Of a DNA stretch of 64,000 nucleotides, positions 26,231-36,362 are shown piece by piece. Source of the stretch: Rickettsiales bacterium. Its GTDB lineage: Bacteria; Pseudomonadota; Alphaproteobacteria; Rickettsiales; SXRF01. The first letter of the stretch is position 1, and each line of letters starts with the position of its first letter. A program made the position numbers and the translations under genes. The notes under the pieces were generated by a model. The model did not search any database. It saw only the letters and a program-made list of their open reading frames with translations, and was not told where the DNA came from. The stretch covers positions 398,848 through 462,847 of the forward strand of contig JAOAUZ010000001.1 of the NCBI GenBank assembly GCA_025464625.1, in the 5' to 3' direction.

Positions 26231-27238
26231 ATGCTAAAATTTCATTTCTTGCGTGATAGGCAATTCGATAGTTGGTTTATATTATTGCCAATGTTTTTAG
26301 GGATCATTTCTGCTTCGATATGTATATGGCAACCAAAATTGTTTTTTCCTATTCTAATGCTAGATTTTTGGCTGCTTGCCTATCACCATGTTATTGCCTC
26401 TTACACACGAATAGCCTTTGATATAGAGAATATAAAATCAAATCGATTTTTGGTATTTGGTCTGCCGATTTTTGTTTTTGCGGGTGTTGTTGGATTTTAT
26501 AGTTCACTGGGAATATGGATACTTGTTACTATTTCTTTTTATTGGCAGTGGTATCATTATACTCGGCAAAGTTATGGTATTGCCTGTTACTATATAGCAC
26601 AAGAAAAAAAAGATAATAACCCACTACTCCACCATATTAATACACTAGCATTATATTCTTTGCCTGTTACGGGAATTCTCTATCGCTCATGGCAAGCACC
26701 AGAAACTTTTATATTCCTAAAATTATGGGTTATTCCTGTTGCGTATGAGATAGTTACAATATCAGCTCTCTTGTCAGTTGTTTTTATTACTATGCAGATA
26801 TACAGCTGGAGTAAATTATATCTTAGCAAAGAATTGAATGGTGGTTATGTGATGTATATGCTGTCGCATTACTCAATGTTTATATTCGGACATTTTCTGA
26901 TTGATGACATAAATTTTGGTTGGTTGGCTATGAATGTTTGGCACAATATGCAATATATTATATTTGTGTGGCTGAAAAATAATCAAGCATATAGCAGTGG
27001 CGTTGATTATAAGCACTGGTTGATTTCTAAGATAAGTCAGAATGGTAAAATCTTTTCATACATCATAGTTTGTTTGGCGATTACATTATGTATCTACGCC
27101 CCATTATATTATCTGACAGAGAAGGCTCAGGAAGGAACGAGCATTGCCGTAGCTTTCATAGTATTTATCACCATTAATTTTCACCACTATATTGTGGATT
27201 CGGTGATATGGAAACGTAAGGTAGTGAAAGTGAAATAA
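26231..27238 (+). CDS. Polytopic membrane protein with four His-containing motifs, family not recognised
   Basis: About 9-10 hydrophobic helices. Motifs AYHHVIASYTR, WQWYHYTRQSYG, NVWHNMQY and NFHHYIVDSVIWK. GAGGGA RBS before the ATG at 26231. Confidence 0.55.
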   Translation: MLKFHFLRDRQFDSWFILLPMFLGIISASICIWQPKLFFPILMLDFWLLAYHHVIASYTRIAFDIENIKSNRFLVFGLPIFVFAGVVGFYSSLGIWILVTISFYWQWYHYTRQSYGIACYYIAQEKKDNNPLLHHINTLALYSLPVTGILYRSWQAPETFIFLKLWVIPVAYEIVTISALLSVVFITMQIYSWSKLYLSKELNGGYVMYMLSHYSMFIFGHFLIDDINFGWLAMNVWHNMQYIIFVWLKNNQAYSSGVDYKHWLISKISQNGKIFSYIIVCLAITLCIYAPLYYLTEKAQEGTSIAVAFIVFITINFHHYIVDSVIWKRKVVKVK

Positions 27239-27242
27239 TCTA

Positions 27243-28250
27243 TCAGTAAGCTCTGCTGGCACAAAAATCAACAAGCTCAAACAGTGCAGTTCGGGCAAGC
27301 GAAGGCGGGAATTTATGAAGTGCCTGCCTTGCTCTTTCGCAATAAGCTTCCGCCATGTTAATAGTCTGGGTAATTGCCTGTTGTTTTTTGAGTATGGTAA
27401 CCGCTTGTGATAAGTCTTCATCTGTTTGGTCAAGATCTCCTAGTGTACGCATCCAGAAAGATCTTTCTTCAATATTACCTGCTGCATATGCCAAAATAAC
27501 TGGTAATGTTACTTTCCCTTCACGAAAATCATCTCCCACAGTCTTTCCCAGAGTTATTTCATCGGCAACATAATCAAGGGCATCATCAATAAGCTGAAAG
27601 GCAATGCCAATATCCATGCCGAATTCGCGTAACGTCGATTCACATGCGGTTTTTCCAGAAACAACGGCACCAAGTTCACAGGCCGAGGCGAATAGAACAG
27701 CCGTTTTTGCAGTTATTACCTCAAGATAATTCTGAATACTGGTTTGTGGCTCGCCTTCGGTCATTAACTGCATTACTTCACCTTTAGCAATTATTGCAGA
27801 AGCATCGGACAATATTTTTAGTACCTTCAGAGAACCATCACTGACCATAAATTGGAATGCTTGACTTAGTAAAAAATCACCAACCAACACGCTGGCTTTG
27901 TTGCCGAACACCTCATTAGCAGTAGCTAAACCACGCCGTAGCTTGCTTTCATCTACTACGTCATCATGTAATAATGTGGCGGTATGAATGAATTCAACGG
28001 CTGCAGCCAATGAGATATGTCGATTCTCATCATAATTACACAGTTTTGAGCAAGCAAGGGTAAGGGCAGGGCGGATGCGCTTGCCACCAGAAGCAACAAT
28101 ATGGGTAACAATATCATTAATAAGGGGAATTTCGTTTTTTACGCGCGTTAGAATTAATGAATTAACCTTACCCAAATCATCTCCAATAAGGGAGTATAAT
28201 TTGTCCAGCGATGCTGGATTTGCAGATAAAATAGGTGATTTTTTTGTCAT
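27243..28250 (-). CDS. ispB: Polyprenyl (octaprenyl-type) diphosphate synthase
   Basis: First and second DDxxD motifs: LLHDDVVDES and FQLIDDALDY. Confidence 0.88.
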   Translation of the reverse strand: MTKKSPILSANPASLDKLYSLIGDDLGKVNSLILTRVKNEIPLINDIVTHIVASGGKRIRPALTLACSKLCNYDENRHISLAAAVEFIHTATLLHDDVVDESKLRRGLATANEVFGNKASVLVGDFLLSQAFQFMVSDGSLKVLKILSDASAIIAKGEVMQLMTEGEPQTSIQNYLEVITAKTAVLFASACELGAVVSGKTACESTLREFGMDIGIAFQLIDDALDYVADEITLGKTVGDDFREGKVTLPVILAYAAGNIEERSFWMRTLGDLDQTDEDLSQAVTILKKQQAITQTINMAEAYCERARQALHKFPPSLARTALFELVDFCASRAY

Positions 28251-28469
28251 ATCACTAGTATCTAAGGTATTTTTTATAAAAAACCAGAAGAAATATCTTA
28301 TTGTATAGGTTTGTACATATAATATTAACTTTATTCTATTAGCTTTGTATGTGTAAAAATAAAATAATATAATGTATAATTTTCATTGTTTTGATACATT
28401 TGTTTTGTTAGTTGGTTGCTACTTAGTTTTTGATTTCTCAGATTTTTTGTATTATTTGCGTGGGCGTTG

Positions 28470-29207
28470 ATGGATAGTAGAGAACAAGATTCCGAAGAAT
28501 ACGTTGAAATTGCTAATAAAATTCGTAGTGGCGAATATTTTCGTGATGCGCGGGCGATGGTTGATATCGACATACATGAGCCAATGTCTGATCGTTATTG
28601 GTTTTTATTCATTACCATTATGTCTTTTCTTACAACTGGCGTTGCTGTTATCGCGTGGTTGGGGTTTTATCCCTTGAAACCAAGGGTAGCATTTATTTTT
28701 GCCACTAATGATGTACTTGAAGATTATCCTAGGGTAAAGCCCCTACAATCTTTCCGAGGTGAAGATCCTAACGCCGCATTACAACGTCATCTTGTGAAGC
28801 ATTATACCAAGCTCCGTGAAGAATATAACGCGGATTATTTCGATCGCAACCATAACGCTGTTGGACAAATTAGCAGCCCTGATGTGTTAGATGAATATGA
28901 AAGATTTGTATCGCCGCTGAACCATAAAAGCCCAGTTGCTCTGTATCAACGTCATACGGAACGTAAAATAAATATTATCTCTATGGAAAATATAGAGAAT
29001 AACTATAAAAAAGAGGATGGTGTAAAGGAATACCATGCAATTATTGTATATGAGGAAATATTAAAAATTGGAGAAACAGAAAATAGGCATGGTAAGTTTC
29101 AAGTAGATATTGCTTTTCTGTATAAAGATATTAAGTTAGACAAAACAACTGGCAAGATTGAGCCATATCGTTTTTATGTAACATCTTACAAAGTTAAGAA
29201 TTTATAG
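28470..29207 (+). CDS. virB8: VirB8-family type IV secretion protein
   Basis: YFRDARAM... N-terminus, one TM (YWFLFITIMSFLTTGVAVIAWL), a periplasmic domain ending PYRFYVTSYKV (cf. NPxGFxVTxY). Followed by virB9. Confidence 0.65.
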   Translation: MDSREQDSEEYVEIANKIRSGEYFRDARAMVDIDIHEPMSDRYWFLFITIMSFLTTGVAVIAWLGFYPLKPRVAFIFATNDVLEDYPRVKPLQSFRGEDPNAALQRHLVKHYTKLREEYNADYFDRNHNAVGQISSPDVLDEYERFVSPLNHKSPVALYQRHTERKINIISMENIENNYKKEDGVKEYHAIIVYEEILKIGETENRHGKFQVDIAFLYKDIKLDKTTGKIEPYRFYVTSYKVKNL

Positions 29208-29219
29208 GGCATTGTTTAT

Positions 29220-30005
29220 ATGAAATATTTGAAAATTGATGTTAGATTTTTGGTGGCTTTTATTACATTAGTAGTTGTAACAGTGGTTTCTGGTGCGGCG
29301 AATGCCACGAGCAGTTCACGTTCTCTGCCTGTTGATCATCGTGTACATGTTATACCTTATCAAGTGGATCAGGTGTATAAGATGGATGGGCATTACCGCT
29401 ACCAGTCAGCTATTGAATTTGAGCAGGATGAAGAAATAAAAACAATTTCTATGGGGGATTCTACCTCTTGGATGATAAATCCGTCAGCGCATAGATTATT
29501 TCTTAAGCCTGTCGAGCAAGATGCTACTACCAACATGACTCTGCTTACCAATAAGAGAGTTTACTTGTTTGAGCTTCATGCTCATGAAACGACTGATATT
29601 GATGACCCAAACATGGTGTTCATCATGCGCTTTACATACAATAAAAACAATGAGGCTCCTGGTGCAAAGGGATATCTTGATTCTGTTCCTGAGCCAGATG
29701 TTGTTGGTAATGAAGCTAAATATAATACTAACTATACCATTTCTGGCAGTGATGAAGTTGCTCCACTTCGTATATTTGATGATGGCGAATTCACCTATTT
29801 CCAATTTGCTGATAAAAATGCAGAAGTCCCAGCGTTTTATTGGGTAGATGATCATAATAATGAAGCGGTAATAAACTATCGTACTCGTGGTGATTATATA
29901 GTTGTCGAGCGAGTCAGTAGTAGGTTTACTCTTCGCCATGGTGAAGATGTTGTGTGCGTATTTAATGAAAAAAGGTTGGCTGAAAAAGAAAATAATAAAC
30001 GTTAA
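29220..30005 (+). CDS. virB9: VirB9/TrbG/CagX-family type IV secretion outer-membrane core protein
   Basis: Signal peptide ending in AANA. N-domain IEFEQDEEIKTISMGDSTSWMINPSAHRLFLKP...TNMTLLTNKRVYLFEL. C-domain RIFDDGEFTYFQF...PAFYWVDD...NYR. Confidence 0.8.
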   Translation: MKYLKIDVRFLVAFITLVVVTVVSGAANATSSSRSLPVDHRVHVIPYQVDQVYKMDGHYRYQSAIEFEQDEEIKTISMGDSTSWMINPSAHRLFLKPVEQDATTNMTLLTNKRVYLFELHAHETTDIDDPNMVFIMRFTYNKNNEAPGAKGYLDSVPEPDVVGNEAKYNTNYTISGSDEVAPLRIFDDGEFTYFQFADKNAEVPAFYWVDDHNNEAVINYRTRGDYIVVERVSSRFTLRHGEDVVCVFNEKRLAEKENNKR

Positions 30006-30031
30006 AAGTTAGTCCAAAACCAGTTTTTTGC

Positions 30032-31036
30032 ATGCAAAATAGCTATCGTGTAGGTGTCATTGGCGGTGGTGCTTGGGGAACAGCCCTTAGTATCGTCGCC
30101 AATCGCGCTGGCAGCAAAGTTACAATTGGCACTCGCAATAATAATGTTATTTCCTCTATTCGTCAGAGACGAATGAACGATGTTTATCTTCCATCGGTAT
30201 TTATAGATCCCAGCATTGAAGTTACCGACCAATTTATTGATGTCTGTCGAGGTGATGTGCTGATTCTTGCTACGCCTTCTTATTGTTTGCGTACGATGTG
30301 CATATCTATATCCGACGTTATTTCACCTGATGTAATAATTTTAATTGCCAGCAAAGGTGTTGAGCGTGGCAGCCTTATGTTTATGAGTGATGTGGTTAAG
30401 GCCATATTGCCACATAACCCAGTAGCAATCATTTCTGGACCTAATTTTGCCGATGAGGCAGCGAGAGGTTTGCCAACTGCTACAACCATAGCCTGTGCTG
30501 ATAATAGTTTATGGGATACTTTGATGTATGCTGTTGGTGGTCGTTTGTTTCGCCCATATATGACAGATGATATAATTGGAACACAAGTTGGCGGTGTAGT
30601 TAAAAACATAATTGCCATAGCTTGCGGAATAGCTATGGGCAAAGAAATGGGTGAAAACGCCCGTGCAGCTTTGGTGACACGCGGTTTTGCCGAGATGAGC
30701 CGTTTTACATTAGCTAATGGCGGAAAATATGAAACTTTGATGGGGCTTTCTGGTCTCGGTGATTTAATACTTACCTGCGGTAGCCAAAAATCAAGGAACA
30801 TGTCTTTCGGTTTTGAAATTGGTCAAGGAAAAGCTAAGGATGAACTACTCAGTAATCGTGGAAGGACTGCCCTTGAAGGAGTTATTTCTTCAGAATCAAT
30901 AAGCAAATTAGCTAGAAAATATAATGTTTCCATGCCTATTTGCGAAGCAGTTTACCGTATAGTGCATGAAAATGCCCCAGTAGATCAGGTTATAGAAACC
31001 TTATTGGAGCGTCCTTTTGTTAGCGAAACCATTTAA
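30032..31036 (+). CDS. gpsA: NAD(P)H-dependent glycerol-3-phosphate dehydrogenase
   Basis: VIGGGAWGTAL dinucleotide fold and GVVKNIIAIACG. Confidence 0.9.
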   Translation: MQNSYRVGVIGGGAWGTALSIVANRAGSKVTIGTRNNNVISSIRQRRMNDVYLPSVFIDPSIEVTDQFIDVCRGDVLILATPSYCLRTMCISISDVISPDVIILIASKGVERGSLMFMSDVVKAILPHNPVAIISGPNFADEAARGLPTATTIACADNSLWDTLMYAVGGRLFRPYMTDDIIGTQVGGVVKNIIAIACGIAMGKEMGENARAALVTRGFAEMSRFTLANGGKYETLMGLSGLGDLILTCGSQKSRNMSFGFEIGQGKAKDELLSNRGRTALEGVISSESISKLARKYNVSMPICEAVYRIVHENAPVDQVIETLLERPFVSETI

Positions 31037-31069
31037 AAGTTTATTTATTTACGCTATTATCCAAGCATT

Positions 31070-32047
31070 ATGAATTTACCAGCACAGATACAGAATGTAG
31101 ATTTCGAGGCAGAGATAAACCGACTTCGTCGAGAGATGAATGCCGTGATACTTGCTCATTATTATCAGGATGATGAGATTCAAGACCTAGCAGATTTTGT
31201 TGGCGATTCTTTGGAACTAGCGCGCAGAGCTGCTACAACAACGGCAGATGTAATTGTCTTTTGTGGCGTTCGCTTCATGGCAGAAGGTGCAAAAATATTA
31301 AATCCAGATAAATTAGTTTTGATTCCTGATATGAAGGCTGGTTGTTCATTAGAGGATTCTTGCCCACCAAAAGAATTTTCTGCATTTAAGGCACAACATC
31401 CTGAACATATAGTAATCACTTACATTAATTGTTCGGCAGAAATTAAGGCTCTTTCAGATATTATAGTCACTTCCAGCAATGCGGAAATGATAATCAATCA
31501 ATTGCCGAAGGAACAAAAAATTATATTTGCACCAGATAAATATTTGGGGGCGTATCTCAATAAAAAAACTGGTCGTGATATGGTTCTGTGGAATGGAACA
31601 TGTATGGTGCATGAAAGATTTTCTGAGCAGGAGCTTATTAAACTAAAGACCCGTCATCCTGAGGCGCATGTTATCGCCCATCCTGAATGTCCTGAACATC
31701 TGCTGCGTCATGCACGGCATATTGGTTCAACCTCGTCACTGCTGCGTTATACGCAGGAAAATTCTGGGCAGAGTTTTATTGTGCTGACGGAGATGGGTAT
31801 TCTTCATCAGATGAAAAAACTTTCTCCAAATAGCACTTTTTATGATGTGCCGAGTGTGGCTGGTGAATCAGCTGGGGCTTGTGTTTCCTGTAATCAATGC
31901 CCATATATGAAACTCAATACATTGGAAAAAATCTATAACTGCATGAAAAACCGCAGCCCAGCTTTAGAATTATCACCAGACCTAATCACCCGCGCCCACA
32001 AACCACTGGAGATAATGTTGGAAATGAGTAGGGTTGTAAAACAATAG
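31070..32047 (+). CDS. nadA: Quinolinate synthase
   Basis: ILAHYYQ..EIQDLADFVGDS, FCGVRFMAE and HPEC motifs. Confidence 0.9.
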   Translation: MNLPAQIQNVDFEAEINRLRREMNAVILAHYYQDDEIQDLADFVGDSLELARRAATTTADVIVFCGVRFMAEGAKILNPDKLVLIPDMKAGCSLEDSCPPKEFSAFKAQHPEHIVITYINCSAEIKALSDIIVTSSNAEMIINQLPKEQKIIFAPDKYLGAYLNKKTGRDMVLWNGTCMVHERFSEQELIKLKTRHPEAHVIAHPECPEHLLRHARHIGSTSSLLRYTQENSGQSFIVLTEMGILHQMKKLSPNSTFYDVPSVAGESAGACVSCNQCPYMKLNTLEKIYNCMKNRSPALELSPDLITRAHKPLEIMLEMSRVVKQ

Positions 32048-32054
32048 ATATTTC

Positions 32055-32612
32055 CTAATGCTTCATAGCGCAGCAGCTACCGCCGCTTTTGGTAGCTTGA
32101 TTCCATGGCATTTTGGCAATAAGCATTGCCATCCCACAAGTTCCAGTTAATCCTGCAAAAGTTAGACCAGCGCCAAAAAATCCAGTTAGCAGAAAGAATG
32201 AGGAGCTGACAAAATAGCCGAGCAAACTTGCGCTTATAAGGCATATCCCAATGGTAAGTTGAACTTGCCTGTCCAGTGGTAGAAAGAATTTACCAGAACT
32301 GCTTATAGGATACCCAGCTTCTGCCCATGCAGATATTCCGCCTTCAAGATTGTAAATTTCGAGATTAGGATCTTTGGCAAGCAGTTTTTCGCAGGCTGAA
32401 CCGCCACGCCCACCTTTGCGACAATGAATAACCAGTTTTTTCCCTGAACAATTCGGCAATGATGATTTATTTATACCAGAAAGTGGCAACAGCACTGCAC
32501 CTTTAATACTTTCAGCTTGGTTTTCTGCTGGTTCACGAACATCAACCAGCATAGCCTCACCGTTGTCCAGCCATTGTTTTAAGGTTTTTGCATCAACAGT
32601 TTTTAGTGACAT
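32055..32612 (-). CDS. Rhodanese-domain sulfurtransferase with a C-terminal DUF2892-type membrane anchor (YgaP-like)
   Basis: Active-site loop HCRKGGRG. Two C-terminal TM helices and a Cys-rich end. ATG at 32612 is preceded by AGGAG. Confidence 0.75.
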   Translation of the reverse strand: MSLKTVDAKTLKQWLDNGEAMLVDVREPAENQAESIKGAVLLPLSGINKSSLPNCSGKKLVIHCRKGGRGGSACEKLLAKDPNLEIYNLEGGISAWAEAGYPISSSGKFFLPLDRQVQLTIGICLISASLLGYFVSSSFFLLTGFFGAGLTFAGLTGTCGMAMLIAKMPWNQATKSGGSCCAMKH

Positions 32613-32683
32613 ATAATGCTCCTGATAACTTGTTACATTGTACAATATATAATCCAGATATTAGTACATACAAGGCATATACA

Positions 32684-33145
32684 TTATTTCAGCGAGGGTG
32701 AACTGGTAGAAAATTTTGATTTTGTTGTTGGGGTATAGCTTCTGAGTGGCTGTGCTGGAGCTGGTTCAGCATAAACTTTTTCCCATTGATAAGTGACTAA
32801 TATTGGTGGTTGGCTACGGTCTGGGTAATTATTTCTATATTCTTCACTGACATTTTTATAATCAAATAAATCATTTTTTATTAACCTAATGCAGGTTACT
32901 GGGCTGCTTATAATTTGCTCTGAACGAGGGATTACCCAGTAACCAGTTCCATTTGGATATAATTTTGTAAAATAATCATCTATCAAACTGATATACTCCT
33001 TAGGACCAGGAGCTATGGTTTCCTCGCATGATTTAGAAGTTATATATACGTTGGAAATGCTTTTGGTGAATTTACCTAAAATTGCATCATCAGCATAGCC
33101 GTTGATGGGGATAAATATGAATATAATTATCAATATTAACTTCAT
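32684..33145 (-). CDS. Hypothetical secreted protein
   Basis: Signal-peptide-like MKLILIIIFIFIPINGYA. AGGTGG RBS before the ATG at 33145. No domain recognised. Confidence 0.5.
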   Translation of the reverse strand: MKLILIIIFIFIPINGYADDAILGKFTKSISNVYITSKSCEETIAPGPKEYISLIDDYFTKLYPNGTGYWVIPRSEQIISSPVTCIRLIKNDLFDYKNVSEEYRNNYPDRSQPPILVTYQWEKVYAEPAPAQPLRSYTPTTKSKFSTSSPSLK

Positions 33146-33171
33146 ATATGCCACCTAGTTAGTTATAAAAA

Positions 33172-34302
33172 TTAAAGCAATTCCTGATAAACTCTGATTG
33201 TTTGCTCGCACATTTTATCCAGTGAAAAATTTTGTGCATTAGCCATAGTATCACGTTCAATTTGCTTTTGTAAATCCGCTGGCATAGCAAGAACATTTTC
33301 CATCGCTTCTGCCAGAGCATCCACATCATTAGGAGCAATAAGCAAGCCAGTTTCTTTATCAATCACAGTTTCCTGAGGGCCACCATGATTGGTAGCTATA
33401 ACAGGTTTACCCATCGCCTGTGCTTCCAACACCACGCGCCCGAACGCTTCTGGTTGAATTGAAGTTGCCACAACTAATTTAGAAAGCATATAGGCTTCAG
33501 TTATATAATGCGTATGTTTTGCAATACGAACGTGACCAGAAAGTCCCAAGTCTATAATTAGTTTTTCTATTTCCTCGCGATATGCTTCATGTCCTTTATC
33601 ATCACCAAGCAGCACAGCAAAGAAATTACGGTGAGACATTCTGGCAAGAGCCTTTACAAAAACTTCTTGTCCTTTCCACCGTGCAAAACGCCCTGGGAAA
33701 AGAATTAGCGGAAATTCTTCTGGTAAACGCCATTCATTGGTTAGTTCAATCATGTGCTGCATTGAGTGTCTTTGTGGATTAAATAATTGCAAATCCACTC
33801 CTCGATGAATAATGCGTATTTTTTGAGGGTCTATTTCATAATTTTCCTGAATATGATTGGCAATAAAATGCGAGATAGCAATTACGCGATCGCCCCTTGT
33901 CATAATGCTGTTATATTTTTTCTTATATTCATTTTGTATTCCATAAGTGCCGTGAAATGTTGTTACAAAATGGCAGCCAGTTTTTTTTGCGGCAAGCCAC
34001 GCGCTCCAAGCTGGTGCGCGTGAGCGGGCGTGGATGATATCTACATTATGTTTACGGATAATTTGAGCAAGTCGCAGAGAATTAATCCATATAATCAGAG
34101 GATTTTTGCTGGCAAGCGGCAAAGTTATATGAGTTGCCCCAACTTTTTGCAAGTGAGTAACCATAGGTCCACCGCTTGATGCCACGATTGATTGCCCACC
34201 AGCTTGAACAATAGCGCGGGCGATTTCGATAGTTCCGCGCTCAACTCCACCACTGCGGAGTTCTGGTAAAACTTGTAATATGACAGGTGGCTTGTAATTC
34301 AT
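33172..34302 (-). CDS. Glycosyltransferase family 4 (GT-B fold)
   Basis: N-terminal GGVERG, and the C-terminal EAFGRVVLEAQAMGKPVIAT E-x7-E type motif. Confidence 0.85.
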   Translation of the reverse strand: MNYKPPVILQVLPELRSGGVERGTIEIARAIVQAGGQSIVASSGGPMVTHLQKVGATHITLPLASKNPLIIWINSLRLAQIIRKHNVDIIHARSRAPAWSAWLAAKKTGCHFVTTFHGTYGIQNEYKKKYNSIMTRGDRVIAISHFIANHIQENYEIDPQKIRIIHRGVDLQLFNPQRHSMQHMIELTNEWRLPEEFPLILFPGRFARWKGQEVFVKALARMSHRNFFAVLLGDDKGHEAYREEIEKLIIDLGLSGHVRIAKHTHYITEAYMLSKLVVATSIQPEAFGRVVLEAQAMGKPVIATNHGGPQETVIDKETGLLIAPNDVDALAEAMENVLAMPADLQKQIERDTMANAQNFSLDKMCEQTIRVYQELL

Positions 34303-34373
34303 TAGTTCGTTTTATATGGATATAAGTGAATAAAAACTATAATTTACCGCATAAAACATATAAATAGGGCTAT

Positions 34374-35120
34374 ATGCAACCATCTTTTCTTGAATTATCA
34401 GATAATCATCAAATTGCTTATGTTTTAAGCGAAGGAAATTTGCCGTGCGTTATATTTTTGGGCGGGTTTAAATCTGATATGACAGGCACAAAAGCAACTG
34501 CCCTTGAAGCAAGTTGTAAGGCACGCGGTCAACGTTTCATACGTTTTGATTACACAGGGCATGGAAAATCTAGTGGTAGGTTTGAAGATGGAACAATTGG
34601 GGCATGGAAAAATGATGCTCTGGCTATTATTGATAATCTTGGTGCAAAGAAAAATATATTGGTTGGCTCAAGTATGGGGGCTTGGATTTCTTTGCTTTGT
34701 GCGTTGGAAAGGCGTGATAAGTTGGCTGGGTTGGTGGGGCTTGCATCTGCGCCAGATTTTACAGAAAAACTGATATGGGAACAGTTGGGTAGCGAACAAA
34801 AAGAAATATTGCGTAGAGATGGCGTGTATTATGCGCCATCGTGTTATGGCGAAGAACCTTATGCTATCACCATGAAATTAATAGAAGAAGCGCGTGGTCA
34901 TCTGTTATTGGATAGTAAAATAAATATAGATGCCCCAATCCGTCTGCTACACGGCACTTTAGACGAAGATGTTCCATGGCAAATTTCATCTACTCTTTTA
35001 CAGCTTATATCCTCAGAAAATGCCTCTCTTACACTCATCAAGGGCGGTAATCACCGCCTGTCAGAGCCAGCGCAGTTAAATATGATGTGTGAAGCAGTAA
35101 AAACCCTTTGCCAGCCGTAA
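34374..35120 (+). CDS. Alpha/beta-fold hydrolase
   Basis: GSSMGAW nucleophile elbow, HG oxyanion region (FLGGF), late Asp and His (GGNHRL). Confidence 0.75.
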   Translation: MQPSFLELSDNHQIAYVLSEGNLPCVIFLGGFKSDMTGTKATALEASCKARGQRFIRFDYTGHGKSSGRFEDGTIGAWKNDALAIIDNLGAKKNILVGSSMGAWISLLCALERRDKLAGLVGLASAPDFTEKLIWEQLGSEQKEILRRDGVYYAPSCYGEEPYAITMKLIEEARGHLLLDSKINIDAPIRLLHGTLDEDVPWQISSTLLQLISSENASLTLIKGGNHRLSEPAQLNMMCEAVKTLCQP

Positions 35121-35167
35121 AAAATATCGCTAGATATAGCGCATCCAAAACATAAGGAATCCTACTC

Positions 35168-36331
35168 ATGAAACCAACGTCTAAACCGTTAAACCCTTGT
35201 TTTTCCTCTGGTCCTTGCGCTAAACGCCCAAACTGGTCGCTGGATGCTCTGAAGGATGCTGCGCTTGGTCGCTCGCACCGTGCAAAACTAGGTAAAAACA
35301 AACTAGCCGAAGTTATTGATCGCAGCAAAAAAATATTGGGAATGCCTGATAATTACCTACTCGGTATTGTTCCTGCCTCTGATACTGGGGCGATTGAAAT
35401 GGCGATGTGGTCGCTACTGGGCGCACGCGGGGTCGATGTTCTGGCATGGGAAAGTTTTGGTTCTGGTTGGGGTGCAGATTGCAAAAATCAACTAAAACTT
35501 ACTGACCTGAATATTTACAAAGCTGACTACGGCAAACTTCCCGATTTAAGTAAAGTTGATTGGAAGCGCGATGTGATATTCACATGGAACGGTACAACTT
35601 CTGGTGTGCGTGTTCCAAATGGTGATTGGATTCCTACGAATCACGAAGGACTTGTTATATGCGATGCAACTTCGGCAGTGTTTGCTATGGATATGCCATG
35701 GGATAAGCTGGATGTGGTGACATGGTCGTGGCAGAAGGTGCTTGGTGGTGAGGCGGCGCATGGGATGATTGCACTTTCACCGCGTGCGGTGGAGCGTCTG
35801 CAAAGCTACACACCAGCTTGGCCACTTCCAAAAATTTTCCAGATGACTAAGGGCGGAAAATTGATTGATGGAATCTTCAAAGGCGAAACAATCAACACCC
35901 CTTCTATGCTCTGCGTGGAAGACCAAATTGATGCCCTTAAATGGAGTGAATCAGTTGGTGGAATTTCTGGGCTTATCAAACGCTCGGAAGCAAATCTGGC
36001 AGCCATTGCAGCTTGGGTTTTGAAATCAAATTGGGCAGCGTTTTTAGCGGAAGATAAAAAGACTATTTCCTGCACTTCAATTTGCTTAAAAATAACTGAT
36101 AGTTGGTTTACATCGTTAAGCGCAGATGCTCAGGCAGAAGTTACTAAAAAAATCGCTTCAATTCTTGAAAAAGAAGGTGTTGCATATGATATTGGTGCGT
36201 ATCGTGATGCTCCTGCTGGAATCCGCATTTGGGGTGGCGCAACGGTGGAAACACCTGATATTGAAAAACTGCTGCCATGGCTTGATTACGCGTGGAATGA
36301 AGTGAAAAATTCTGCTGCAAAAGCTGCATAA
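35168..36331 (+). CDS. serC: Phosphoserine aminotransferase (long alpha-type)
   Basis: About 387 aa. Has a SWQKVLGGE lysine region. Immediately upstream of serA. Confidence 0.85.
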   Translation: MKPTSKPLNPCFSSGPCAKRPNWSLDALKDAALGRSHRAKLGKNKLAEVIDRSKKILGMPDNYLLGIVPASDTGAIEMAMWSLLGARGVDVLAWESFGSGWGADCKNQLKLTDLNIYKADYGKLPDLSKVDWKRDVIFTWNGTTSGVRVPNGDWIPTNHEGLVICDATSAVFAMDMPWDKLDVVTWSWQKVLGGEAAHGMIALSPRAVERLQSYTPAWPLPKIFQMTKGGKLIDGIFKGETINTPSMLCVEDQIDALKWSESVGGISGLIKRSEANLAAIAAWVLKSNWAAFLAEDKKTISCTSICLKITDSWFTSLSADAQAEVTKKIASILEKEGVAYDIGAYRDAPAGIRIWGGATVETPDIEKLLPWLDYAWNEVKNSAAKAA

Positions 36332-36362
36332 AATATTATCAAACTAAGAAAGACAAAATAAA

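Noticed and set aside
28331-28573. 80-aa minus-strand ORF in the AT-rich region upstream of virB8.
   Set aside because: The peptide is Ser/Asn/Leu-rich and low-complexity. It overlaps the virB8 start, has no RBS and has a composition-driven reading frame.
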